From: an uncultured delta proteobacterium
GTDB lineage: Bacteria > Desulfobacterota > Binatia > Binatales > Binataceae
Reading direction: 5' to 3'
DNA length: 64,000 nucleotides
NCBI GenBank assembly: GCA_963724765.1
Contig: CAVRVY010000004.1
Location: 960,001-1,024,000 of the forward strand
In this document: piece by piece, positions 23,353 to 33,900 of the stretch
Position numbering within the stretch: the first letter of the stretch is position 1
How the letters are laid out: each line of letters begins with the position of its first letter
Notes under the pieces: model-generated
Databases searched by the model: none
What the model saw: the letters and a program-made list of their open reading frames with translations, nothing else
Told to the model about the DNA's origin: nothing
Made by a program: the position numbers and the translations under genes

Positions 23353-23370
23353 AGCAATTGCGATGCCAAA
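23353..23370 (-). promoter_or_regulatory. sigma54 (-24/-12) promoter facing the MDR-YdiJ-DSBA operon
   Basis: minus strand TTTGGCATCGCAATTGCT, near-consensus TGGCA-N6-TTGC. Confidence 0.6.
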
Positions 23371-23485
23371 CGGAAGCGACGTCTCGCGACGCCAAAACAT
23401 CGAGACTCTGTGCCGATATGGACCAGCGTCGCTCCGGCATCAACGGTAAGAATGTAAAAATGTCTGTCGATGGAGAAAACTGACG

Positions 23486-24523
23486 ATGTACGTACTCGAT
23501 AATGGCACCCGTTTCATCATCCCGCGCACGGAGATGACTTATCCCGGCCACAACATGAAGCTCCATCAGACTGCCGCCGACGCGGTGAAAGCTCCGGTGG
23601 ACCATGTGATGGCGGATTTCGAGGATGCCTGCCCGTACGAGTTCAAGGGCCCCAAGAGCCACAAGGTGATGGTTGAGGCGCTCAACACGCTCGACTTCGG
23701 CCGCAAGGTGGTCACGGTGCGGCCCAACAATATCCATTCACCGTTCTTCAAGGGCGACATGGAAGCGATCGTGTTGGGCGCGCCCAACCGCTTCCACGGC
23801 ATCATGCTACCCAAGACGCGCGGCCCTGAGGAAATCCGCGAGGTCGCGCGTCTGCTCGACGACCTCGAACAGCGCGGCGGATGGAAATACAGGATCCAGA
23901 TCGAGTCGCTGGTCGAGACGCCGCAGGCGCTGATCAAGGCCTTCGAGATCGCGACCGCCTCCGACCGCATGTGCGGTCTGGTCTTCGGCATCGCTGACTT
24001 CGCCGCCAACCTCGGTGTGCGCGAGATCGTCGAGAACCAGAACCAGAACTTCCACTACGCCAAGCAATCGATGGTGGTCGCGGCCAAAGCTGCCGGGCTG
24101 CACGCAATCGACAACGTCTACCTCCGGCTGTGGCGCAAAGATGATTCGCCCGCAAAAGTCGCCGAACTGCAGCGCGGCCTGCGCGAGAAAAACGTCGGCG
24201 CTGCCAACCTCGGGATGGACGGCACCTGGGTTATCCATCCGCAGCAGGCCGAGATCGCCAACGCCTGCTACACGCCGAGCGCCGAGCAGGTCGAGGACGC
24301 GCGCCGCGTGGTTACACTCTATCATGAAAAGGGCGGCGGCTCGATGGCGGATCCCAAGAGCGGCGAGATGATCGACGAGGCGACGATCAAGATTGCCCTG
24401 ATGGACCTGGCCAAGGGAGCACAGGCCGGGATCGTCAGCGAAAAAGAGCTCAAGGAATGGTCCGAGAAGAGCCGCTCGATCACCGGCTACGACATCCTGG
24501 AGTTCATGCGCCGCGTGGTGTAA
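23486..24523 (+). CDS. CitE/malyl-CoA lyase family CoA-ester lyase
   Basis: DFEDAC, VTVRPN, MLPK, LVETPQ, FGIADF, WVIHPQQAEIAN. Confidence 0.85.
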   Translation: MYVLDNGTRFIIPRTEMTYPGHNMKLHQTAADAVKAPVDHVMADFEDACPYEFKGPKSHKVMVEALNTLDFGRKVVTVRPNNIHSPFFKGDMEAIVLGAPNRFHGIMLPKTRGPEEIREVARLLDDLEQRGGWKYRIQIESLVETPQALIKAFEIATASDRMCGLVFGIADFAANLGVREIVENQNQNFHYAKQSMVVAAKAAGLHAIDNVYLRLWRKDDSPAKVAELQRGLREKNVGAANLGMDGTWVIHPQQAEIANACYTPSAEQVEDARRVVTLYHEKGGGSMADPKSGEMIDEATIKIALMDLAKGAQAGIVSEKELKEWSEKSRSITGYDILEFMRRVV

Positions 24524-24589
24524 CCGCGCGCGTCCCGACACGCTACTGAAAGAAGTCTCGCGCGCGTGACACTCGCCTCTTGGGAGAGG

Positions 24590-25027
24590 TTACTGCGAAA
24601 CGAGCATCCGCGCAGTAGCGGTAAGGGGCAGTGATTTTGACGGCAGAAAAGGTATGCGCAAGCTGTAATTCAAGGCGACGGTGCACTGCGCATCGTCGGA
24701 TGACGGCAGATTGGGATCGGCCGGCCAGGTTACCGTTACATCAGACGCTACTAGTTGGTTGGGCGAGGGCAGATCCGCATAAGCAACCGTGACAGCCTTG
24801 ATCTGAGCGGTCGTCGCCGGGCTGGGACCGGTCGGCGAGTGTACGATGGCATAGCGCACGCATTCGCGGGCGGCGTTGCTGATGGTGTTGTAGGAGTACA
24901 CCGCGAGCGCCATCTCGATTATCGTGAAGGTGAGCAGAAGGAAGATCGTCGCCGCAAGGCCGAATTCAACGCCTCCTTCGCCGACAAAAAAGCGCGTTCC
25001 GAAGCGTGAAGTGGCAGATGCTTTCAT
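24590..25027 (-). CDS. TadE-like pseudopilin
   Basis: G-x3-VEF prepilin-like N-terminus, hydrophobic helix, NAARECVRYA. Confidence 0.85.
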   Translation of the reverse strand: MKASATSRFGTRFFVGEGGVEFGLAATIFLLLTFTIIEMALAVYSYNTISNAARECVRYAIVHSPTGPSPATTAQIKAVTVAYADLPSPNQLVASDVTVTWPADPNLPSSDDAQCTVALNYSLRIPFLPSKSLPLTATARMLVSQ

Positions 25028-25506
25028 TGCTGCTCCACCTGCATCACCGCCTGACTCTTGAGTGTGATCGAGGAAGGAAGTCCTGGGTACTTTACGATGG
25101 TATTGAAGGGAGTTTGGGCGTCGACGACGACATAGTTTCCCTGCGGGTCATCGGTACAGTAATTCGACGAACAGGAGGGATCAGCCGAAGTCGCGGTTCC
25201 GCACGTGCATTGGCTGGCGGTCACCGTCAGATTGGCAACGTTGACGCCATCCTGTTTGGCCGCCGCAACCATCCCGGTTGAGTCGGCGGCGGTAATGACA
25301 CTGGTCGATCCGTATTGCGCTGCCGCACGCGCGGCATTGATCACCTCGATATAAGTATAGAAGAGCCGTGCGAAGTCGGCCGCCACCACCAAAATCATCG
25401 CAATTACAGGAAGTGCGAAGGCCAGTTCGACATAGCTCTGGCCGCGCATGGCCCAAAAGCGCCGGCGCCCCGTGCAAACTTTTCTGTTTGAGCGATGGTT
25501 ATTCAT
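25024..25506 (-). CDS. TadE-like pseudopilin
   Basis: RGQSYVELAFALP, NAARAAAQYG. Confidence 0.85.
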   Translation of the reverse strand: MNNHRSNRKVCTGRRRFWAMRGQSYVELAFALPVIAMILVVAADFARLFYTYIEVINAARAAAQYGSTSVITAADSTGMVAAAKQDGVNVANLTVTASQCTCGTATSADPSCSSNYCTDDPQGNYVVVDAQTPFNTIVKYPGLPSSITLKSQAVMQVEQQ

Positions 25507-27004
25507 ATAGCGCGCTCGATTCTATCGGCGATCCCTCGCTGAGCGAAGAGTAATTATCGCCAACTTTCGAATTGCCGGTAATCGTAATCTTGTCGGCGAT
25601 CAAGAAGGTATATCCCGAAAGACTGGAATTGCCCAGGTAGGTGAGATTGGTTGTAGGAAAATAGACCGCCCCGTCGAAGGTGGAACTGGAGTTGCCCTCA
25701 ATTGTACTGCCGTTGGAGCTGCTATAGGCTACCGACCGATCCTGAAAAAAGAGTATCCCTTTGAGTGAACCCGAGGTCGGAGCGCTAAAATTCGCGGTCT
25801 CGTTGCCCGAAAGGTTGATCGGTGCGTAGGCGTAGCTGGAACTGCTTGTATTGTAAAAGGTTACGCCAGTCCCAGAGAGCGTGGAGTTGCCGGAAACCGA
25901 TAAGCCGCCACCCGCCAGGATATAAGTGCCCGGACTAAAGGTGACGTTTGCGTTGCTGTTCCCGAGCGAGATCCCGCCGACGTATAAACCGGGCTGGAGT
26001 GTTACTGTGGTGTTCCCCGTGATCGAGACCGGGCCGCAAAACGTATACGTCCCTGCGGCAAACTTGGCAGCGGTGTTTCCTTGCAGAGTGATACTGTTGC
26101 CGGTGCCACCATTTTGATACTGGCCAGGGGCGAAGTTTGCAGTAGTTAGATTTCCAACAAAGGAAATACCATTACCGTAAGTTCCGGTGGCGAAGTTCAG
26201 GGTGGTAATATTTCCACCGATGCTGAAACCGCTCGAGTAAACTGCGGGACCAAGGTCTAGGGTCGTGTAATTGCCTGAAATTGAATCGGTTCCGCTGTTG
26301 GTCTTGGCCGCCTGAGTGCACGTAGGGACAGTGGGCGCCTGAACGTAACTAAGCGGATCGGGAAGCGCCGCGATGTTAACTTTCGGGGTCGGCGAAAAAG
26401 TGATATTACCGGAAGATGAGTAGTTGCCAGTGATCCCCGTGGAGGGAGTTTGCACAGTAATATTGCCGCTCGCAGTGAGCGCGGATGAACTATTCGAATC
26501 GTCGATCAGGCCGCACGCGGAATTTAGATCGATGTTGCCGGTCAGAGCTACAGCCCCGGAGGCCGAAGGGTCGAGAGCGTAGATACAAGCGGGTCCATTG
26601 ACCGCGCCGCTTACTGCCCGCGCGGCCACATTCATCGATTTGTAACCCAATGCGCGCAGGAAATATGTCGGTACCGATTGACTGATGTCGACCTCGACAT
26701 AGGTCACACCGCTCGGATACGGGGAGGAGAGCCCGGGTTCGCTAACCGTCACCGCCACATTGTTCTGCGAATTGGTGAAGCCGTTGAATGAAGTAACGTC
26801 ATCAGCGGCCTGGGTATAGTTTTGGCCGTCGCGCAGTGCATTGGCTCCCGCGATTGCCGCGGCGTCGGCCGCCGTCTGCATGCGGCGCCGTGTGGAATAC
26901 AGAAGGCCGATATCGACCGCCAGGCCGCTAAAGCCGAGCAGTACGAACAACACTCCGGCCGCGAGCAACACAATCTGACCGCGTCTGTTTCGAAATGCCT
27001 TCAT
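25499..27004 (-). CDS. TadG-like pilus tip protein with G/N/S/T-rich beta-helix repeats
   Basis: RRGQ + hydrophobic helix, GLAVDIG..MQTAADAAAIAGA; repeated PGxY/SIxGNxT units. Confidence 0.85.
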   Translation of the reverse strand: MKAFRNRRGQIVLLAAGVLFVLLGFSGLAVDIGLLYSTRRRMQTAADAAAIAGANALRDGQNYTQAADDVTSFNGFTNSQNNVAVTVSEPGLSSPYPSGVTYVEVDISQSVPTYFLRALGYKSMNVAARAVSGAVNGPACIYALDPSASGAVALTGNIDLNSACGLIDDSNSSSALTASGNITVQTPSTGITGNYSSSGNITFSPTPKVNIAALPDPLSYVQAPTVPTCTQAAKTNSGTDSISGNYTTLDLGPAVYSSGFSIGGNITTLNFATGTYGNGISFVGNLTTANFAPGQYQNGGTGNSITLQGNTAAKFAAGTYTFCGPVSITGNTTVTLQPGLYVGGISLGNSNANVTFSPGTYILAGGGLSVSGNSTLSGTGVTFYNTSSSSYAYAPINLSGNETANFSAPTSGSLKGILFFQDRSVAYSSSNGSTIEGNSSSTFDGAVYFPTTNLTYLGNSSLSGYTFLIADKITITGNSKVGDNYSSLSEGSPIESSALYE

Positions 27005-27548
27005 CGCAAAGATCCTTCTTGTGTATTCCCGCTTTACCATCGTGTGAAAGTGCGCCATGACCTTAAATGGCTTCTATAGTTGCCTCTAACAAGAAGATAG
27101 TTAAAAGAAAACTTCAACAAGTCAAGCGGAAGCTTTTTAGCATTATGAAATGATAAGCTTTATTGACTTTTGATTCTCAAATTTATCAAGCGTCTCTGCG
27201 CTATCAAAAGTGGCCTTAGAAGCACGCGAGACCTCAACGCCCAAGGCTAAGTCCGGATGCCGTCTCTTCACATCAGCGATTTCAGCGGGACCAAAGTGAA
27301 ACAAGATAGCGCCGGTGGCCGAATTGATGCGCCCCGATCGACCTTGCGCCCTTCGGCGTAGCTAAATGGCCTTATCGAATTGACGCGCTCGATGGCGTTT
27401 GGAGCTTGCTGATTATGGGATCACGGCCAAGGCGATCGCGCCGGGACAAGGCCGGCCAGGGATGACTATCGGCGTGCGCAGAGTCTCCCTTGCAGCCGCA
27501 GGCCCACGCGAGCTAGGCGCCGAATCCGAAAAGGAGGCGCGCTGAACC

Positions 27549-28403
27549 TCAGTGCCGATCGACGGCGCGGTAGCGCGCCGCCACCACGTTCCAATCGATG
27601 TGCTCCAGGAACCGCGCCACGTATTTCGCGCGATCAGGATAGTTGAGCAGATAGGCGTGCGAGGCCACGTCGCATACCACCAGCGGATTGCCGCCCGTCC
27701 ATCCCGCAGCGTCGTCCTCGCCCGCCGGCAAATTGTGCCATCGATCGTCGTAGGGATCGTACTCGAGGATCGCCCAGGCCGGCGCGATCCGCGCGCACTC
27801 GATAAAGTCCGCGCGCCAGCTATCGAACGAACCCAAGTGCTCATTTAAGTTGCCGAGCACGTAGCCCGAGGGCTTCATCGGTTTGACCGCGAGGTTGCGG
27901 AAATAGAATTCGTGCAGCAGCACCGAGTTCGCCGCTTCGATCTGCTGGCGGCGGATCAGGCCGTAGTCATTGCCGTGCGCGGCGTCGCGCGGCATCGTCG
28001 CGAGCACGCGCTCGGCCACCACCAGGCGCTCGAAGTCGCGGCGGTACGCCCGGTAGCTTTGCGCGAGCTGATCGTGCGAGAGGAAACCGAAGATCTCCTG
28101 ATACGGCAGCGCCATCGGCGTGCGCGGCTGAAATCCGGTCTCGCCCTTGAGCAGGCCTTCGTGGCTGAGCCCGCTCTCAGGCGGAGGCGCCGGCAGTGCG
28201 GCAGCGGCGCGCGCGACCCCGCGCATCGCGGCCGCTACGCCGAGCGTCAGCGCGGCGCTCAAAAGCTCGCGCCGCCCGACCCGGCGCTCGCCGCCACGGT
28301 TTGTTAGATGACGGGCCTCGCCCTCTTGTTGGTGACGGGCTCCGCCGATTTGTTCGTAACGGGCTTCGCCCTTTTGCAGATAACCCGCGGCGCCTTTTTT
28401 CAC
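27549..28403 (-). CDS. Fe/Mn SOD-like (ChrC/ChrF-like) protein with putative Tat signal
   Basis: GRRELL + hydrophobic stretch; NSVLLHEFYF, GSFDSWRADF, PLVVCDVASHAYLLNY; start uncertain. Confidence 0.75.
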   Translation of the reverse strand: MKKGAAGYLQKGEARYEQIGGARHQQEGEARHLTNRGGERRVGRRELLSAALTLGVAAAMRGVARAAAALPAPPPESGLSHEGLLKGETGFQPRTPMALPYQEIFGFLSHDQLAQSYRAYRRDFERLVVAERVLATMPRDAAHGNDYGLIRRQQIEAANSVLLHEFYFRNLAVKPMKPSGYVLGNLNEHLGSFDSWRADFIECARIAPAWAILEYDPYDDRWHNLPAGEDDAAGWTGGNPLVVCDVASHAYLLNYPDRAKYVARFLEHIDWNVVAARYRAVDRH

Positions 28404-29455
28404 GGCACAGGCGCCACGCCCAGCAGCCCCGCCGCCTCGTCATGTCCCAGCATCAGGTTGAGATCCTGTACCGCCTGACCAGCCGCGCCCTTGCCGAGGT
28501 TGTCGATCGCGGTCAGCACCAGCAGAGTTTGCGAACGGCGCTCGAGCACGAAGCCGAGTTCGCAGAAATTGGTGGCGCGGACGTTTTTCAACTCGGGCAG
28601 TTCGCCCGACTTGAGCAGCCGCACGAAGCGCGACTTGGCAAACGACGCCTCGAACGCCGCGCGCACGTCCTCCTCGGTTGTGCCGGCGCGCGGACGCATG
28701 AAGATCGAGCTTAAGATGCCGCGCGTGACCGGCAGCAGATGCGGCACGAACATCACCGCGACCTCGCGTCCCAGCGCGACTCCGATCTCCTGTTCCATCT
28801 CGGGCACGTGGCGATGGTTGCCGACCTTGTAGGCGCGAAAGTTTTCGTTAACCTCGGCGAAGAGCTGCTCGATTTGCGCGGCGCGCCGCGCCCCGGTGGT
28901 GCCCGACTTGGAGTCGATCACGATCGAGGCCGGGTCGACCAGGTCGCGCCGAATAAGCGGCAGAATTCCGAGCAGCGCGGCCGTCGGAAAGCATCCCGGC
29001 ACCGCCACCAGCCGCGCCTCGCGCAGTTCATGGCGATGGAACTCGGCGAGGCCGTAGACCGCTTCCTTGAGCAGCGCGGGCGCCGGATGCTCGGCGCCGT
29101 AGGTCTGCCGGTACTGCGCGGGGTCCTTCAAGCGGAAGTCGGCCGAGAGGTCGATGATCTTGAGCCCGGCCGCAGCCAGTTCGGCGAGCAGCGGTGCGCC
29201 GACCCGCTCCGGCAGACACGACATCACGACTTCGGCGCGTCCGGCGATAAGATCGGCGCGCAGTTCCTCGAACGGCGGCAAATCGATCCCGGCCAGGTGG
29301 CGATAAACGTCGGTCACTTCGCGCCCGGCGTAGTGCTCGGAGGTGAGCACGCTCAGCTCGACGAACGGGTGCCCGGCGAGAATGCGGACGGCCTCGATGC
29401 CCGAATAGCCGGACGCTCCCAGCACCGCTACCCTGACCTTGTTGCGCGACGCCAT
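28400..29455 (-). CDS. argC: N-acetyl-gamma-glutamyl-phosphate reductase
   Basis: GASGYSG, IDLSADFR, AVPGCFPT, HRHVPE, IDNLGKGAAGQAVQ. Confidence 0.96.
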   Translation of the reverse strand: MASRNKVRVAVLGASGYSGIEAVRILAGHPFVELSVLTSEHYAGREVTDVYRHLAGIDLPPFEELRADLIAGRAEVVMSCLPERVGAPLLAELAAAGLKIIDLSADFRLKDPAQYRQTYGAEHPAPALLKEAVYGLAEFHRHELREARLVAVPGCFPTAALLGILPLIRRDLVDPASIVIDSKSGTTGARRAAQIEQLFAEVNENFRAYKVGNHRHVPEMEQEIGVALGREVAVMFVPHLLPVTRGILSSIFMRPRAGTTEEDVRAAFEASFAKSRFVRLLKSGELPELKNVRATNFCELGFVLERRSQTLLVLTAIDNLGKGAAGQAVQDLNLMLGHDEAAGLLGVAPVP

Positions 29456-29637
29456 CGGAATTCCCTTCATCCTCTCTGCCGTGTGTGAATGACGCCCGGC
29501 CGACGGGACATGCTGCTGTCTAACGACCTAGCACTAACGCGCGATGCGGGCCAGTTCGGTCCCCACCCACGCAGCCGAAGGCCGCGATGCGCCCGGCCTG
29601 GAAAACCATATCCCGCGCGGGCGCGCCGGCGCGCGAT

Positions 29638-30036
29638 TTAGCGCTTGGAGTATTGCGGACGCTTGCGGGCCTTGTGGCGGCCGTACTTTTTACGCTCGAC
29701 CTCGCGCGGGTCGCGCGTCAGCATCCCGCCCTTGCGCAGCGCCGGGCGCAGCGCTTCGGAGGCGACGACCAACGCGCGAGAGATTCCGTGACGCACGGCC
29801 TCGGCTTGCGCCGCGATTCCGCCGCCGCGGACGCTGACGATCACGTCGTAATGGCCCTTGGTCTCGGTGAGTTCGAAGGGTTCGAGGATCTTCATGCGAG
29901 AGGTGTCACGCGGAAAATAGACCTCGAGCGCGCGTTCGTTGACGCTAATGGTGCCGGTGCCGGGCGCGAGCCGCACCCGCGCGATCGCGCTCTTGCGTTT
30001 ACCGACCGTCCAGATTTCCGCCTTCTTGTCTGCCAT
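29638..30036 (-). CDS. rpsI: 30S ribosomal protein S9
   Basis: [43 protein letters not shown]. Confidence 0.99.
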   Translation of the reverse strand: MADKKAEIWTVGKRKSAIARVRLAPGTGTISVNERALEVYFPRDTSRMKILEPFELTETKGHYDVIVSVRGGGIAAQAEAVRHGISRALVVASEALRPALRKGGMLTRDPREVERKKYGRHKARKRPQYSKR

Positions 30037-30081
30037 CTCGCCTCGTTTCCTCCGGAGCTTTGCCGTTGCGTGCCCGCCTGC

Positions 30082-30528
30082 TTAGAGCTCGAGCTGCTGG
30101 GGCTGCTGGGCGGCATGCGGATGATCCGCCCCGCGATAAATCTTGAGCTTGGTGAAAAGCCGCCGTCCAAGCCGATTCTTAGGCAACATCCCGCGCACCG
30201 CCGCCTCGAGCAGCCGCTCGGGCCGCGTCTCCATCAGGCGCGCCGCGGTGGTTTTGCGCACGCCCCCGGGATAACCGGTGTGGCGGCTGTAGACTTTGCC
30301 CTCGAGCTTGGCTCCCGTAAGGCGGACCTTGCCGGCATTGATGATGATGACGAAATCGCCGGCGTCCTGGTGTGGCGTGAAGTCGGGGCGATGCTTGCCG
30401 CGGAGCACGCTGGCCGCGCGCGTCGCGACCCGGCCGAGCGGCCGTTCGCTGGCGTCGATCAGCACCCAACGCCGATCGCGCAGCGCGTTCTCGTGCGAAA
30501 CGCTTCTGGTCTGTTCGCTCAGTTTCAA
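30082..30528 (-). CDS. rplM: 50S ribosomal protein L13 (TTG start)
   Basis: WVLIDA, LRGKHRPDFTPH.D.GDFVII, HTGYPGG, GMLPKNRLGR. Confidence 0.99.
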   Translation of the reverse strand: MKLSEQTRSVSHENALRDRRWVLIDASERPLGRVATRAASVLRGKHRPDFTPHQDAGDFVIIINAGKVRLTGAKLEGKVYSRHTGYPGGVRKTTAARLMETRPERLLEAAVRGMLPKNRLGRRLFTKLKIYRGADHPHAAQQPQQLEL

Positions 30529-30591
30529 CTCTTCAACCCTCGTGCCCGACGCCCACGCCCGTGATGGCGGAGCGGCGGGCGCAACAAATTT

Positions 30592-30669
30592 TGGCGGGGC
30601 CGATGGGATTTGAACCCACGACTTCCGACGTGACAGGCCGGCGTTCTAACCGGGCTGAACTACGACCCC
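30592..30669 (-). tRNA. tRNA-Asp(GTC)
   Basis: cloverleaf: acceptor GGGGTCG/CGGCCCC, anticodon arm CCGGC-CTGTCAC-GTCGG, T loop TTCAAAT, encoded CCA. Confidence 0.97.
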
Positions 30670-30953
30670 GCCCGAACCATCTTTTTTGACACTTTCCGGC
30701 CCCCGGAGCAACCAAGCCCACGCGGCGGGAACCTTATTGTAGCGGGCTGGAGCGCCTAAGCGCCATTGCCCGGTTGAAGAAGCATCGGCGGCTTGAAGCG
30801 ACATCGGCCGCCGATACACCTGCCGCGCATGACGCCGCTTGCCAGCCTGCCACGCTGTACTTTATTCTTAGAACCAGCGTTGAGCGCAGACGCCCGCCGA
30901 GGGCGCAGCATTTTTAAAACCGCCCGGATTGGTCGTAGTAGTTCCTTGCCCCT

Positions 30954-33900
30954 ATGTGGATAGTCCGCCTCGCCCTACGCCGGCCTCTCTCGGTTGCGGT
31001 GATGGCGCTTCTGATGCTCGTGCTCGGCACGCTGTCGTTCGAGCTGATGAACGTCGACATCTTTCCAGCCATCAACCTGCCGGTCGTGCTGGTGGTGTGG
31101 AATTATCCGGGCCTGTCGGCCTTCGATGTCGAACGGCGGATGGTGTTTATCAGCGAACGCGCTTACTCAACCACCGTCAACGGCATCGAGCATATCGAGT
31201 CGGAATCGATCAATGGGCTTGGAATTTTAAAGGTCTATTTCCAGCCCGGCACCGATCTCGGCTCGGCAATCGCGCAGATGGACTCGGTCTCCGAGACCAT
31301 CCTGACGATTTTGCCGCGCGGTACCGAACCGCCGCAAATCATTTCCTACAACGCGAGCAACGTTCCGGTCGCCCAGTTGAACATCTTCAGCGATACGCTC
31401 TCGACCGGCCGGCTGTTCGATTATGGGCTCAACTTCATCCGGATTCAGCTCTTCACTATTCCAGGCTTCTCATCGCCCGCGCCGCTGGGCGGCGTGCAGC
31501 GCTCGGTCATGGTCAATATCGATCCGACCGTGCTCTACGCCAACGGGATGTCCGCCAACGACCTCGGCAACGCGCTGACCGCGACCAACGTGGTTATCCC
31601 GTCGGGCACCGAAAAGATCGGCAACTACGAGTACAACGTCGATCTCAACATGAGTGTCCCCAAGGTCAAGGATTTCGACCGGTTGCCGATAAAGTATGTC
31701 AATGGCTCCCCGGTTTTCCTCGGCGATATCGCGCCGGCGACCGACACTCATCAACCACAAACCAACGTGGTACGGGTCGATGGCCGGCAGGCCACCTACC
31801 TGATGGTCATCAAGCACGCCGACGCCTCAACCCTGACCGTGGTTGACGCGGTCAAGGCCAAGATTCCGCTCATCCGCGCCACCGCGCCCAAGGGCTTGAA
31901 TGTCTCGCTCAGCTTCGATCAATCGCAGTTCGTGCGGGCCGCATTGTGGGACGTGGTGCAAGAGGCCGTCATCGCCGCCACCCTGGTCGCGCTGATGGTC
32001 CTGCTGTTCCTCGGTTCGCCGCGCAGCATGCTGATTGTCATCACCTCGATACCGCTGTCGATTCTGACCGCGATCATCGCGCTCAAGCTGTCCGGCCAGA
32101 CGATCAACACGATGACGCTCGGCGGAATCGCGCTGGCGGTCGGGATGCTGGTCGATGACGCCACGGTGGAAATCGAAAACATCCATCGCAACCACGCGCT
32201 GAACAAGCCGTTGCTGGCGGCGATTCTCGACGGCGCCTCGCAGATCGCGACGCCGACCTTCGTCGGCACGCTCTCGATCTGCATCGTGTTTTTTCCGGTC
32301 GTACTGCTGACCGGCGTCGCGAAGTTCCTGTTCACGCCGCTGGCGCTGGCGGTGGTGTTCGCGATGCTGACGTCGTATCTGCTGTCGCGCACCCTGGTGC
32401 CTTCGATGGCGCGTTACCTGCTCCCCGACCTTCACGAGGAGCATCTCGGACAAGGCCGATGGGCCAATCTAGTGCGCGCGTTCGATCGCTCATTCGAGCG
32501 CGTCAAGGAGCGCTACCGGGTCGCGCTGGCGACCTTCATCGGGCGGCGCGGCCTGGCGCTGACCTGCGTCGCGATCCTGATCGTGCTTTCGCTCGGCCTG
32601 TTGCCGATCGTCGGCGAGGATTTCTTCCCGGTCGTCGATGCGGGCATGATGCGGCTGCACGTGCGCGCCCCCACCGGTACTCGTATCGAACACACCGAAT
32701 ACCTCATTGACCAAATCGATCGTACCATTCGCACCATTATTCCGGCCGCCGAGCTCGAGAGCATCAGCGATAATATCGGCCTGCCTATTTCCTACGACCT
32801 CGCCTTCTATCAGACCGACAGTATCGGCCCGCAGGATGCCGACGTGCTCATCCAGCTCAAGCCCAGCCATCGGCCGACCGCGATGTACGAACAGCGGATT
32901 CGCAATGCGCTGGCGGCGAAGTATCCGGAGGTGACCGCCTATTTCCAGGCCGCCGACATCATCAGCCAGGTCCTGAACTTCGGTCTGCCCGCCGCTATCG
33001 ACGCACAGGTAAACGGCAACAGCCTCCAGAGCGATTACGATATCGCGCTGCGGCTCAAAGACCGCATGGCGCGCATTCCGGGAGTGGTCGACATGCGCAT
33101 CGCCGAGCCGCTCGACTATCCCAGCCTCGACGTCGAGGTGGATCGCACCAAGGCGCTTCAGTTCGGCATCACGCAGCAGCAGGTCGCCTCGAGCGTGCTC
33201 GCCTCGCTCTCCGGCGCGCAGCTCCTGCAGCCGAATTTCTGGCTCGATCCGGTTTCCGGGGTTAACTACAACGTCATCGCGCAGGCGCCGCAGCATCTGT
33301 TCGACTCGATCAGTGCGCTCCAGAATATCCCGCTCAGCACGACCGCAACTTCCTCGAGCGACATAACCGCTGGTTCGACGACCACCGGCGCGGCCGCAAC
33401 GCCCTCGCAACCGCAATTGCTCGGCAACCTCGCGACCGTCACTCACTCCTGGGATCCCGCCGTAGTCGCCCACTACACCGTGCAGCGCGTGGTGGATGTC
33501 GATTGCGCTGTAGCCGGCCGCGATCTCGGCGCAGTCACTTCCGCGGTGCAAAGGGAAATCGACCACCTGGGCAAGCTGCCCGCGGGCACCCAGGTCGTGA
33601 TTCGCGGCCAGAGCCAGGCGATGCGCGCGTCGTTCGTCACGCTCGGCGAAGGCCTGATCCTCGCGATCGTCCTCGTGTACCTGTTGATGGTCGCAAACTT
33701 TCAGTCGTGGCTCGAGCCGTTCATCATCATGATGGCGGTGCCGGGCGCGCTAGCGGGCGTGATCTGGATGCTGGTGCTGACGGGCACGACGATCAACGTC
33801 GAGTCGATGATGGGCGCGATCATGGCGGTCGGTGTCGGCGTCGCCAATGGCAACCTGCTCATCACCTTCGCCAACGAGTTGCGCGAGGACGGCTACGGCC

